57,505 nucleotides of DNA from Acetobacteraceae bacterium. GTDB lineage: Bacteria; Pseudomonadota; Alphaproteobacteria; Acetobacterales; Acetobacteraceae. This document shows, piece by piece, positions 17,667 to 28,520 of the stretch; position 1 is the first letter of the stretch; each line of letters starts with the position of its first letter. Under the pieces are notes generated by a model that searched no databases, was not told the origin of the DNA, and worked only from the letters and a program-made list of their open reading frames with translations. The DNA lies in assembly GCA_036494925.1 (NCBI GenBank), contig DASXNR010000417.1:1-57505 (forward strand), given 5' to 3'. The position numbers and the translations under genes were made by a program.

Positions 17667-19321
17667 ATGCGACGGATATTGTTGCGTTTCATCGCTTCCT
17701 CTTTCCTGTTCCGGCCGGATAGATCGGTCGATCGGCGGAACCGGTGTTGCCTTTTGATACTGGCGCTCCTGCTGCCGATGGCAGCCTGCAAGGTCGGCCC
17801 TGACTTCGCCGCGCCCGCCGCGCCGGTTGCCGGCAGCTGGCTGGAATCGAGCGACGCATCGGTTCATACCGATCGTCAGGACTATGAGCAGTGGTGGACG
17901 GCGTTCAACGACGCCACGCTGAATCGGCTGATCGAATTGGCGTACCGGCAAAATCTCACTTTGATGGCCGCCGGCACCCGGGTGCTCGAAGCGCGCGCCA
18001 CGCTTGGCGTTGCGGTCGGCGAGTTCTACCCGCAGACGCAGCAGATTGGCGCGAATGTGGGCTATAACCAGGCCAGTCAGGTCGATCCGACCTCGAACCC
18101 GCAGCATGAACTCGAGAATTACTGGCGCGCTTCGCTCGGTACCCAGATTGCCTGGGAGGTGGATCTGTGGGGCAAGTTCCGCCGCGGCGTGGAATCGGCC
18201 GATGCATCTTATCTGGCCTCGATCGCCACCTACGACGATGTGCTGGTGACTTTGCTGAGCGACGTTGCCACGACCTATATCGGAATCCGCACGCTGCAGC
18301 AGCAGATCGATATCGCGCGCGAGAACGTCATAAAGCAAAGGAAGGCGCTGCAGATCGCGACTGATCGTTTCCATGGCGGCACGGCAACCGCGCTCGATGC
18401 GTTCCAGGCGCAGAATGTCCTGGCGCAGACGGAATCCATGATCCCGCAGCTCACCGCGCAACTGCAGCAGGGCGAGGACGCGCTCCGCGTCCTGCTCGGC
18501 ATGACGCCGGCGTCGCTCGACGCGCTGCTCGCCGGTCCGCAGACCATTCCGGTCCCGCCGAACGATGTCGCGGTGGGCATTCCGGCGGATCTGCTCCGCC
18601 GCCGGCCGGACATTCGCAGCGCCGAACTCAAGGCCGCCGCCCAGAGTGCGCAGATCGGGTTGGCCAAGGCCGATCTGTTCCCGGCATTCTCGCTCACCGG
18701 CGCGTTCGGCACGGTGGCAGGATCGACGGGCAGCAACCGTCTGAACGACGTGTTCACGGCGCCGGGCATCCAGTTCGCATTCGGCCCCACGTTCAGTTGG
18801 CCGATCCTCAACTACGGACAGATCACCAACAACGTGCGGGTGCAGGACGCGCGCCTCCAGACGCTATTGATCGAATACCAGAACACCGTGTTGAGGGCGC
18901 AGCAGGAGGTGGAGAACGGCCTGAGCGGGTACCTGCAGGGACGCCAGCAGGTGGTTCTCCTGCGGCGCAGCGTCGCGGCCGCCAGCAGTGCGCTGCGCAT
19001 CGCGCTCGATCAGTACCTGCTGGGGACCAGGGACTTCACCACGGTGCTGACCGCCGAGCAGAACCTGTATCAGGCGCAGAGCAACCTCGCCACGGCGGAG
19101 GGCAATCTCTCGACCAGCCTCGCATCATTGTACCGGTCGCTTGGCGGTGGATGGCAGATACGAGAGGGGAATGATGTCGTGAACGACGCCACGCGCGACG
19201 AAATGCGCAGCCGTACCAACTGGGGGGTCTGCTGCCGCCTGCCGGCCAGCCGCAGCAGCCGACGCCCGGTCTTCCCGGTCCCGCCGACCGCGGCCCCGAC
19301 GTGCGGGCACCGCAATGGTAA
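17667..19321 (+). CDS. efflux outer-membrane lipoprotein (NodT/OprM family) with an apparent 1-nt frameshift in a G6 run near the 3' end
   Basis: Lipobox-like LLPMAAC and typical QWWTAFNDATLNRLIE, LYRSLGGGWQ. After RTNWG the as-sequenced frame runs on to 20483. Shifting frame at GGGGGG (19222-19227) gives GLLPPAGQPQQ...RAPQW and a TAA at 19319-19321 that overlaps the MFP ATG (ATGGTAA). Confidence 0.8.
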
Positions 19322-20562
19322 GGCTTCTGCGCGCGATCGCGGCGGCCGGCCGCAAGGTACCGAGATGGCGCGCCGTTGCCGCCATGGTGCTCGTGCTGAT
19401 CGGCGCGGCCGGCCTTTGGGATCACTGGGGGCAAGGCACGATCGGTGCGGATGCGAAGCCGCTTGCCGCGTCGCCGCCGGTCCCATCGGCCGTGGCCCAG
19501 GCGCAACCGCCGGCGGCCCCGACCATCCCCGTGGTTCGGCCGAAGGTCCAGACCGTCAGCGAGTCGCTGGAGATCACCGGCAATGCCGCGGCCGTCAATC
19601 AGGTGAAACTCATTGCCCGCGTCGTCGGTTTTCTGGACCAGATCCACTTCCAGGATGGCGCACTGGTCAGGAAGGGCGACCTGCTGTTCACCATCCAGCA
19701 GGACCAGTACAAGGCGCAACTGCAGCAGGCGCAGGCCCAGCTTCAGTTGCAGCAGGCGGCGCTGCTCTACGCGAAGACCGAGGTGGTCCGCTATACCGCG
19801 CTGCTGAAGCGCGACGCCGCCACCCAGGTGGATGTCGATCACTGGAATTTCGAACGGGCAAGCGCGGAAGCGAACATCGTGGCGGCCCAGGCGCAGATCG
19901 CACTTGCCCAGCTCAACCTGGGCTATACCGAGGTGAGGGCGCCGTTCGACGGTCAGATGGGGAAGCACCTGATCGACGTGGGCAATGTGGTCGGCGGCAA
20001 CGGGCAGGAAGCCGCCCTGGCCGAGATCACCCAGCTCGACCCGATCTATGTGGTGGCCAATATCAGTTCGCAACAGGCGTTGCAGATCCGCGCCAACCTG
20101 GATCAGCGCCGGCTCACGCTGGCCGAGCTGCAGCAGGTGCCGATCGAGGCCGCGCTGTCGGACGAAGCCGGCTTCCCGCACCGCGGCACGATCGAATACG
20201 TCGCGCCACAGATCGACTCGGCGACCGGCACGCTGCTGGTCCGCGGCATCATGCGCAATCCGGACCGGACGCTGGTGCCCGGCATCTTCGTCAAGATCCG
20301 GCTGCCGATGGGAAAGACCGTGCGGAGCGCGCTGCTGGTTCCGGACCGCGCGCTGCAGGAGGATCAGGGCGGCCGCTACCTGCTGGTGGTCGAGCCGGAC
20401 GACGTGATTCGGCAGCGCTATGTCCAGCTTGGCGAACTGAGCGGCAGCCTGCGCGTCATCACCAGCGGCCTGAAGCCGGATGACCGCGTGGTGGTCGGCG
20501 AGCTCTGGCGCGCGACGCCCGGGACCAAGGTGGTGCCACAGCTGACCGCCATCGACGGATAG
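19315..20562 (+). CDS. efflux RND periplasmic adaptor (membrane fusion protein)
   Basis: N-terminal anchor WRAVAAMVLVLIGAAGLW. Lipoyl/hairpin blocks GDLLFTIQQDQYKAQL and LGYTEVRAPFDG. Confidence 0.9.
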   Translation: MVRLLRAIAAAGRKVPRWRAVAAMVLVLIGAAGLWDHWGQGTIGADAKPLAASPPVPSAVAQAQPPAAPTIPVVRPKVQTVSESLEITGNAAAVNQVKLIARVVGFLDQIHFQDGALVRKGDLLFTIQQDQYKAQLQQAQAQLQLQQAALLYAKTEVVRYTALLKRDAATQVDVDHWNFERASAEANIVAAQAQIALAQLNLGYTEVRAPFDGQMGKHLIDVGNVVGGNGQEAALAEITQLDPIYVVANISSQQALQIRANLDQRRLTLAELQQVPIEAALSDEAGFPHRGTIEYVAPQIDSATGTLLVRGIMRNPDRTLVPGIFVKIRLPMGKTVRSALLVPDRALQEDQGGRYLLVVEPDDVIRQRYVQLGELSGSLRVITSGLKPDDRVVVGELWRATPGTKVVPQLTAIDG

Positions 20563-20573
20563 GACACGCGGCG

Positions 20574-23500
20574 ATGCTGTCGAAATTCTTCATCGAGCGC
20601 CCGGTCCTCGCCAATGTGCTGGCGATCGTCCTGGTGCTGCTCGGTGCCGTCTCGCTGTTCCGCCTGCCGGTGTCGGAATATCCCAATGTGGTGCCGCCCA
20701 CCGTTTCGGTCACAGCGAGCTATCCCGGCGCCAGCGCGCAGACCGTGATCGACACGGTCGCCTTGCCGATCGAGCAGCAGGTGAACGGCGTCGATCGAAT
20801 GCTCTACATGGAATCGACCAGCGCCTCCGACGGTACCTACAACCTGACGGTGACGTTCGCGATCGGGACCGACCCGGATATCGACCAGGTCCTGGTGCAG
20901 AACCGGGTCCAGCTTGCGCTCGCTTCATTGCCCGAACCCGTGCAGTCCCAGGGCGTGAGCGTCCAGAAGAAGAACACGGCGATCCTGCAGATCGTCACGC
21001 TCGATTCGCCGGACGGCAAGTACGACGGCCTGTTCATGAGAAACTACGCCACCATCAACCTGACCAACGTGCTGGCACGCCTGCCGGGCGTCGGCAGTGT
21101 CAAGGTGTTCGGTGCGGGCAACTATTCCATGCGGGTCTGGATGGACCCGCAGAAGCTCTATTCGTTCGGCCTGCAGCCGAAGGACGTGATCGACGCGATC
21201 CGACAGCAGAGCCAGAACGTGGCGGCCGGACAGGTCGGCATGCCGCCGGCGCCGGACGGCACGCAATTCCAGTACACCGTCGATATCCAGTCACGGCTGA
21301 ACGATCCCAGCCAGTTCGGCGACATCGTGGTCAAGGACCAGACCGCCCAGGGCGGGCGCCTGATCTATGTCCGCGATGTCGCGCGCATCGAGCTTGGTTC
21401 GCAGACCTACGCGCAGGACTTCAAGCTGAACGGCAGGCCCGCCGCCGGCATCGCCATCTATCAGACCCCCGAGTCCAACTCGCTCCAGGTCGGCAAGGAG
21501 ATCGCGGCAACGATGGCGGCGATGGCACGCCGGTTCCCGGAGGGATTGCACTATTCGATCCCGTACGACACCACGACCTTCGTCACCGACTCGATCAACG
21601 AAGTCTACAAGACGCTGTATCAGGCCGGCATCCTGGTGCTGATCGTCATCCTGGTGTTCCTGCAGAACTTCCGCGCGACGCTGGTTCCCGCCACCACGGT
21701 GCCGGTCACCATCATCGGTGCGTTCGCCGCGATGGCGGCGCTGGGCTTCACCGTCAATCTGTCCACCCTGTTCGGCATCGTGCTGGCGATCGGCATCGTG
21801 GTGGACGATGCCATCGTCATCGTGGAAGGCGTTTCCAAGTATATCGAGCAGGGCATGTCCGGCCACGACGCGGCCATCAAGGCGATGAGCGAACTGTTCG
21901 GACCGGTGGTCGGCATCACGCTGGTGTTGATGAGCGTGTTCCTGCCGGCCGCCTTCGTTCCCGGCCTGACCGGCAACATGTTCGCCCAGTTCGCGCTGGT
22001 GATCGCGGCGACGGCGCTGATCAGCGCGGTGAACGCCGCGACGCTCAAGCCGACGCAATGCGCCATGTGGCTGCGCACTCCGGTGCCCCCGGAACAGCGC
22101 AACTTCTTCTACCGCGGGTTCAACCGGATCTACGACCCGATGGAGCGCGGCTACGCGACGTTCATCGGCCGCATGGTGCGCCGCAGCGGCATCATGGTGG
22201 TGATCGCCCTGTTGGTCGCCGGCGCGGGCATCTGGGGACTCGCCCGGCTGCCGACGGCGTTCATCCCGATCGACGACCAGGGCTATCTGATCATGGCGCT
22301 GCAGCTGCCGGAGGGCGCGTCGCTCGGCCGCGCGACCGCGGCGCTGGAGCAGGCCGCCAAGGCGGCACGCGAGATACCCGGCGTGCAGCAGACGATCGCG
22401 CTGTCAGGGGTCTCCGTGCTCGACAACAGCGCCGATCTCGCCAATGCGGGAACCGGCTGGGTCATGCTGAAGCCGTTCGCCGAACGCCTGAAGGCAGGCG
22501 ACCAGGACCTGCTGACGATCTACCAGCGCCTGCAGAAGGCGCTCGCCTCGCTGCCTGACGGACAGGCGTTCGTGTTGCCGCCGCCGCCGATCCAGGGGAT
22601 CGGCAATGCCGGCGGCTTCCAGATGCAGCTCGAGCTGCTCGGCGGCAGCTTCGACTACCAGAAGCTGAACAATCTGACGCAGGAGATCGTCAAGCAGGCC
22701 AGCAGCGATCCCGCGCTGGCGAACGTGCTTTCCACGTTCAAGCCCGATGCGCCGCATGTCGCACTGACCGTGGATCGCGCCAGGGCGGAAACCCTGCGGG
22801 TGTCCGTGGGCGACATATTCTCGACGCTTACCGACTATGTCGGATCGACCTACGTCAATCAGTTCAACAAGTTCGGGCTGTCGCTGCAGGTCTATGTCCA
22901 GGCCGACTCGCAGTACCGCCTGCATCCGGACGACCTGCTCAACCTGTATGTGCGCAGCCAGGATGGGCAGATGGTGCCGATCGGCGCGGTTGCCCATCTC
23001 AGCCCGGTGGTCGCCCCGCCGCTGATCACGCTGTACAATCTCTACCCGTCCGCCACGATCGTCGGCGGCCCCGCGCGCGGCTTCAGCTCGGGCCAGGCAA
23101 TCGCCGCCATGGAGGCGATCGCCAGACGGGTCCTGCCGAGTGACGTCAGCTTCGAATGGACGGCGATGTCGTACCAGGAGAAGATCACCGGCAACCAGCT
23201 CTACTACGTGTTCGGCCTGTCGGTGCTGCTGGTCTATCTCTGCCTGGCCGGCCAGTACGAGAGCTGGATCCTGCCTTTGGCCGTGCTGTCGGCGGTGCCG
23301 CTGGCGCTGCTCGGACCGGTCATCGCCCTCACCAGCCTTGGCGCCGCCAACAACCTGTACACCCAGATCGGCCTGATGCTGCTGATCGCGCTGTCCGCCA
23401 AGAACGGCATCCTGATCGTCGAGGTCGCGCGCGAGCGGCGGCTTGTCGACGGTCTGTCCATCCTGGAATCGGCGGTGGAGGCATCGCGGACCAGGTTCCG

Positions 23501-23765
23501 GCCGATCCTGATGACGTCGTTCGCCTTCATCCTGGGCGTGCTGCCACTGGTGCTCGCGACCGGCGCGGGCGCCAATGCCAGGAAATCACTCGGCATCAGC
23601 GTGTTCAGCGGTATGATCGCTTCGACCTGCCTCGCGGTGTTGTTCGTGCCGTCGTTCTTCGCCGTGTTACAGCGCTTCGAGGAGTGGAGGAAGCGTCGCA
23701 AGACACCAGCGGGGACACCGGAACATCCGGCGGGCGAGGCGCGAGCGTTGCCGTCGGGAGAATGA
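20574..23765 (+). CDS. RND efflux transporter permease (AcrB/HAE1-like)
   Basis: 1063 aa. MLSKFFIERPVLANVLAIVLVLLG N-terminus. Typical 12-TM RND blocks (VDDAIVIVE, AKNGILIVE). Confidence 0.95.
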   Translation: MLSKFFIERPVLANVLAIVLVLLGAVSLFRLPVSEYPNVVPPTVSVTASYPGASAQTVIDTVALPIEQQVNGVDRMLYMESTSASDGTYNLTVTFAIGTDPDIDQVLVQNRVQLALASLPEPVQSQGVSVQKKNTAILQIVTLDSPDGKYDGLFMRNYATINLTNVLARLPGVGSVKVFGAGNYSMRVWMDPQKLYSFGLQPKDVIDAIRQQSQNVAAGQVGMPPAPDGTQFQYTVDIQSRLNDPSQFGDIVVKDQTAQGGRLIYVRDVARIELGSQTYAQDFKLNGRPAAGIAIYQTPESNSLQVGKEIAATMAAMARRFPEGLHYSIPYDTTTFVTDSINEVYKTLYQAGILVLIVILVFLQNFRATLVPATTVPVTIIGAFAAMAALGFTVNLSTLFGIVLAIGIVVDDAIVIVEGVSKYIEQGMSGHDAAIKAMSELFGPVVGITLVLMSVFLPAAFVPGLTGNMFAQFALVIAATALISAVNAATLKPTQCAMWLRTPVPPEQRNFFYRGFNRIYDPMERGYATFIGRMVRRSGIMVVIALLVAGAGIWGLARLPTAFIPIDDQGYLIMALQLPEGASLGRATAALEQAAKAAREIPGVQQTIALSGVSVLDNSADLANAGTGWVMLKPFAERLKAGDQDLLTIYQRLQKALASLPDGQAFVLPPPPIQGIGNAGGFQMQLELLGGSFDYQKLNNLTQEIVKQASSDPALANVLSTFKPDAPHVALTVDRARAETLRVSVGDIFSTLTDYVGSTYVNQFNKFGLSLQVYVQADSQYRLHPDDLLNLYVRSQDGQMVPIGAVAHLSPVVAPPLITLYNLYPSATIVGGPARGFSSGQAIAAMEAIARRVLPSDVSFEWTAMSYQEKITGNQLYYVFGLSVLLVYLCLAGQYESWILPLAVLSAVPLALLGPVIALTSLGAANNLYTQIGLMLLIALSAKNGILIVEVARERRLVDGLSILESAVEASRTRFRPILMTSFAFILGVLPLVLATGAGANARKSLGISVFSGMIASTCLAVLFVPSFFAVLQRFEEWRKRRKTPAGTPEHPAGEARALPSGE

Positions 23766-23810
23766 GCTCTCCCGTCGAGCGACGGTCTATTCGGCAGCAA
23801 GGACCATGAC

Positions 23811-24098
23811 ATGCACGTGATCGTTCGGAAGTATCAGTTGATACGCGATGAGGCCGATGTGCGTGCGGCGGTGGCGGGGGGGTTGGTGCCGCTGCTGAAG
23901 GCCGCGCCGGGCTTCGAGGGTTGCTGGACGATGCGCTGCAATGACGGTGATTTCGCCCTGTTGAGCATCTTCGATACGGAGGCGAATGCGCACGCGGCGA
24001 TGGACAACATCCGCGAATGGGTCAATGCGCATATCCGCGAACTCGTGGAGTTACCGGCGCGGGCTATGTTCGACGGGGCGGCAGACAAGCTGGTCTGA
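23811..24098 (+). CDS. small ABM-like (dimeric alpha/beta-barrel) protein
   Basis: 95 aa. The pattern HVIVRKY...GFEGCW...FALLSIFDTEANA is reminiscent of antibiotic-biosynthesis-monooxygenase-fold proteins. Assignment by eye only. Confidence 0.55.
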   Translation: MHVIVRKYQLIRDEADVRAAVAGGLVPLLKAAPGFEGCWTMRCNDGDFALLSIFDTEANAHAAMDNIREWVNAHIRELVELPARAMFDGAADKLV

Positions 24099-24201
24099 GC
24101 CTGGTGCCGATCGAAACGTTTCCAACCACACTGGCGTTTGCCGCCGGCACTTGACCCAGATCGACGAACCGGCATCCGGCGCGGCGCCGTAAGCCGCTGG
24201 C

Positions 24202-24960
24202 CTATTCCGGCAGCAGCTCGATCGCATCCCCGACTGCGAAGCGGCCGCCCTCGATCACCTCGGCATGCACGCCGAGTTCGACGTGGCCGTACAGCTGGCG
24301 CAGTTCCTCCAGCGGATCGACGTCACGCTCCGCCGTCACCGGGTTGACCTGGGTGGCGGCGCAGCGGGTGACTGGCCTGGTCACCCGCAGCACGGCGCCG
24401 CCGACCTGGATCTGCTGACCGACCCAGGCACGCTCGCTCCACGCCGGTGCGCCGCTGAACCAGACATTGCCGCGGAACCGCCGTCGGTGCCGGCGCGCGC
24501 CCACCTTCGTCTCGTAGTCGCGCAGGCTGGCGAGGTTGATCAGGCTGACGACCTGTTGGCGCTGGTCGCAGAAACTGTGGCCCGGCACGTAATGGAAGCG
24601 GGGCGTGCCGCGCGCATCCTCGCCCAGATAGCCGGTCAGGAAGGTGGCGATCCGCTCGCGCCCCGCCTCGGTCAGCGCATTCTCCACCACCGCCGAACCG
24701 TCGGGGGCGCGGATCGCCAGCATGCCGTTGCGCGGTTCGAAAAACGAGAACAGCGCCGCGATGCGCGCGTTCTTCATCTGACACATGAAGTTCGTCTTCT
24801 GCTGCCAGTCCGGCTGCGCGGGATCGAACCCGGAATCGCCCTGCGCCAGGGCGAAGGCGCGGTCCCACGGGATGCAGCCGCCCTCCTCCACTTCGGCCGA
24901 CTCCAGTGCCTCGGCGGTCAGACCCTTCACCGGATAGCGGTACAGGTATTCGATGCGCAT
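24202..24960 (-). CDS. MOSC domain-containing protein (second paralogue)
   Basis: Start at MRIEYLYRYPVKGL (ATG 24960). Conserved Cys context PVTRCAATQVNP. C-terminal GDAIELLPE. Confidence 0.85.
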   Translation of the reverse strand: MRIEYLYRYPVKGLTAEALESAEVEEGGCIPWDRAFALAQGDSGFDPAQPDWQQKTNFMCQMKNARIAALFSFFEPRNGMLAIRAPDGSAVVENALTEAGRERIATFLTGYLGEDARGTPRFHYVPGHSFCDQRQQVVSLINLASLRDYETKVGARRHRRRFRGNVWFSGAPAWSERAWVGQQIQVGGAVLRVTRPVTRCAATQVNPVTAERDVDPLEELRQLYGHVELGVHAEVIEGGRFAVGDAIELLPE

Positions 24961-24972
24961 CGTGCGGTCCCT

Positions 24973-25002
24973 CTTGAGTCTCACTTTGCCTGGACCCACC
25001 TG
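24973..25002 (+). promoter_or_regulatory. candidate sigma-32 (RpoH)-type heat-shock promoter of clpB
   Basis: CTTGAG (24973-24978), 16-nt spacer, then CCCACCTG (24995-25002), about 77 nt upstream of the clpB ATG. It resembles CTTGAA-N(13-17)-CCCCATNT. By-eye match only. Confidence 0.3.
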
Positions 25003-25078
25003 GATTGCCAAAGGGTCATGTTTCCGTTGCCTGATGAGGGATGGATGAGACCGGTCGCCTACGAACAGGGACACAGAG

Positions 25079-27658
<2,580 letters not shown>

Positions 27659-27664
27659 CATCCA

Positions 27665-27695
27665 TCCCTCCCGCTTCCGCAACGGAGTGGGAGGG
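27665..27695 (+). terminator. hairpin downstream of clpB
   Basis: TCCCTCCC (27665-27672) pairs with GGGAGGGA (27688-27695) around a 15-nt loop, 7 nt after the clpB stop. No U-tract. Confidence 0.35.
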
Positions 27696-27810
27696 AGCTC
27701 GCCTCCAGAGTACGGCGTAATTAGGGAAAAATTAGTACGTAGAATACCGAATTGCGCGACCGCTCGGGTTCACTAGACCTGCGGGCAACGCGTCAATCGA
27801 AGGGACCGGT

Positions 27811-28005
27811 GTGGCCAGTCCGTCGCTCTCCCGGTCCAGCCCTTCCGCAACGCCGCCGCGGCGACGGCTGGAGCTGCTGGTATTTGCCGTGCTGGCTATT
27901 CTGGTCTGGCCGGTGATTGCTGTCGGTGTCGTCGGCGGCTGGGGCCTTGCCGTCTGGATGTATCAGCAGTTCAACGGCCCGCCAGGGCCGCCTTCGCATT
28001 CCTGA
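27811..28005 (+). CDS. napE: periplasmic nitrate reductase accessory membrane protein NapE
   Basis: 64 aa with a single TM LELLVFAVLAILVWPVIAVGVVGGWGLAVWMY typical of NapE. GTG start. Located immediately upstream of napFDABC. Confidence 0.75.
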   Translation: MASPSLSRSSPSATPPRRRLELLVFAVLAILVWPVIAVGVVGGWGLAVWMYQQFNGPPGPPSHS

Positions 28006-28009
28006 CGCA

Positions 28010-28270
28010 ATGGCGACGACCAGGCGCTCCTTCCTGACGCTCGCGCGGCCGGCGCCCGTCGCGATCGCCGATACCTGCCTGGCCCGGCAGTTCGTGCACT
28101 GCCAGTCATGTGCGGATGCCTGCCCCGAGCAGGCGATCAGCTTCACGCCACGTATCGGCGGGCCGCCGTTGCCGGGTATCGTCGGCGCCAGGTGCACGGC
28201 CTGCGGCGAGTGCCTGCCCTCCTGTCCGGTGAGCGCGATTGCCGTTGCGCAGGCGGGTGCCGGTGTCTGA
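28010..28270 (+). CDS. napF: NapF-like iron-sulfur protein (short, about 86 aa)
   Basis: Start at MATTRRSFLT. One canonical CTACGECLPSCP motif plus CLARQFVHCQSCADACP. Position between napE and napD. Confidence 0.7.
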   Translation: MATTRRSFLTLARPAPVAIADTCLARQFVHCQSCADACPEQAISFTPRIGGPPLPGIVGARCTACGECLPSCPVSAIAVAQAGAGV

Positions 28271-28274
28271 GCGG

Positions 28275-28520
28275 ATGCTGCATATCGCCTCCGCCGTGGT
28301 GAAGGCGCGGCCTCCTGCGCAGGACGCGGTGGCAGCGCGGATCGCGGAACTTGCCGGCGCCGCCGTGCTGGCGATCGACCACGGCCGCATCATCGTGGTG
28401 CTCGAGGCAAGCCGGCACCGCGATATCGCGGACACGCTCGGTCGCATCGGCGACCTGAACGGCGTGCTGTCCGCCACCCTCGTCTTCGAGCACTCGGAAC
28501 CCGATGGAGACCCCGCATGA
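28275..28520 (+). CDS. napD: NapD chaperone for NapA
   Basis: Start at MLHIASAVV, typical of NapD (HISSLVV-like). About 81 aa. Its end overlaps the napA ATG. Confidence 0.8.
   Translation: MLHIASAVVKARPPAQDAVAARIAELAGAAVLAIDHGRIIVVLEASRHRDIADTLGRIGDLNGVLSATLVFEHSEPDGDPA

Noticed and set aside
17646-20483. 945-aa OMF-something fusion protein
   Set aside because: Beyond residue about 527 the sequence is Arg/Gly/Pro-rich and overlaps the adaptor gene out of frame. A one-base shift at a G6 run restores a plausible C-terminus and stop, so this is treated as a frameshift and not a fusion.
27696-27810. Looked for an FNR/FixK box (TTGAT-N4-ATCAA) or NarL heptamers in the AT-richer stretch upstream of napE
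   Set aside because: I found no convincing match by eye. Only isolated half-site-like TCAA/TTG fragments are present, so no regulatory site is claimed.
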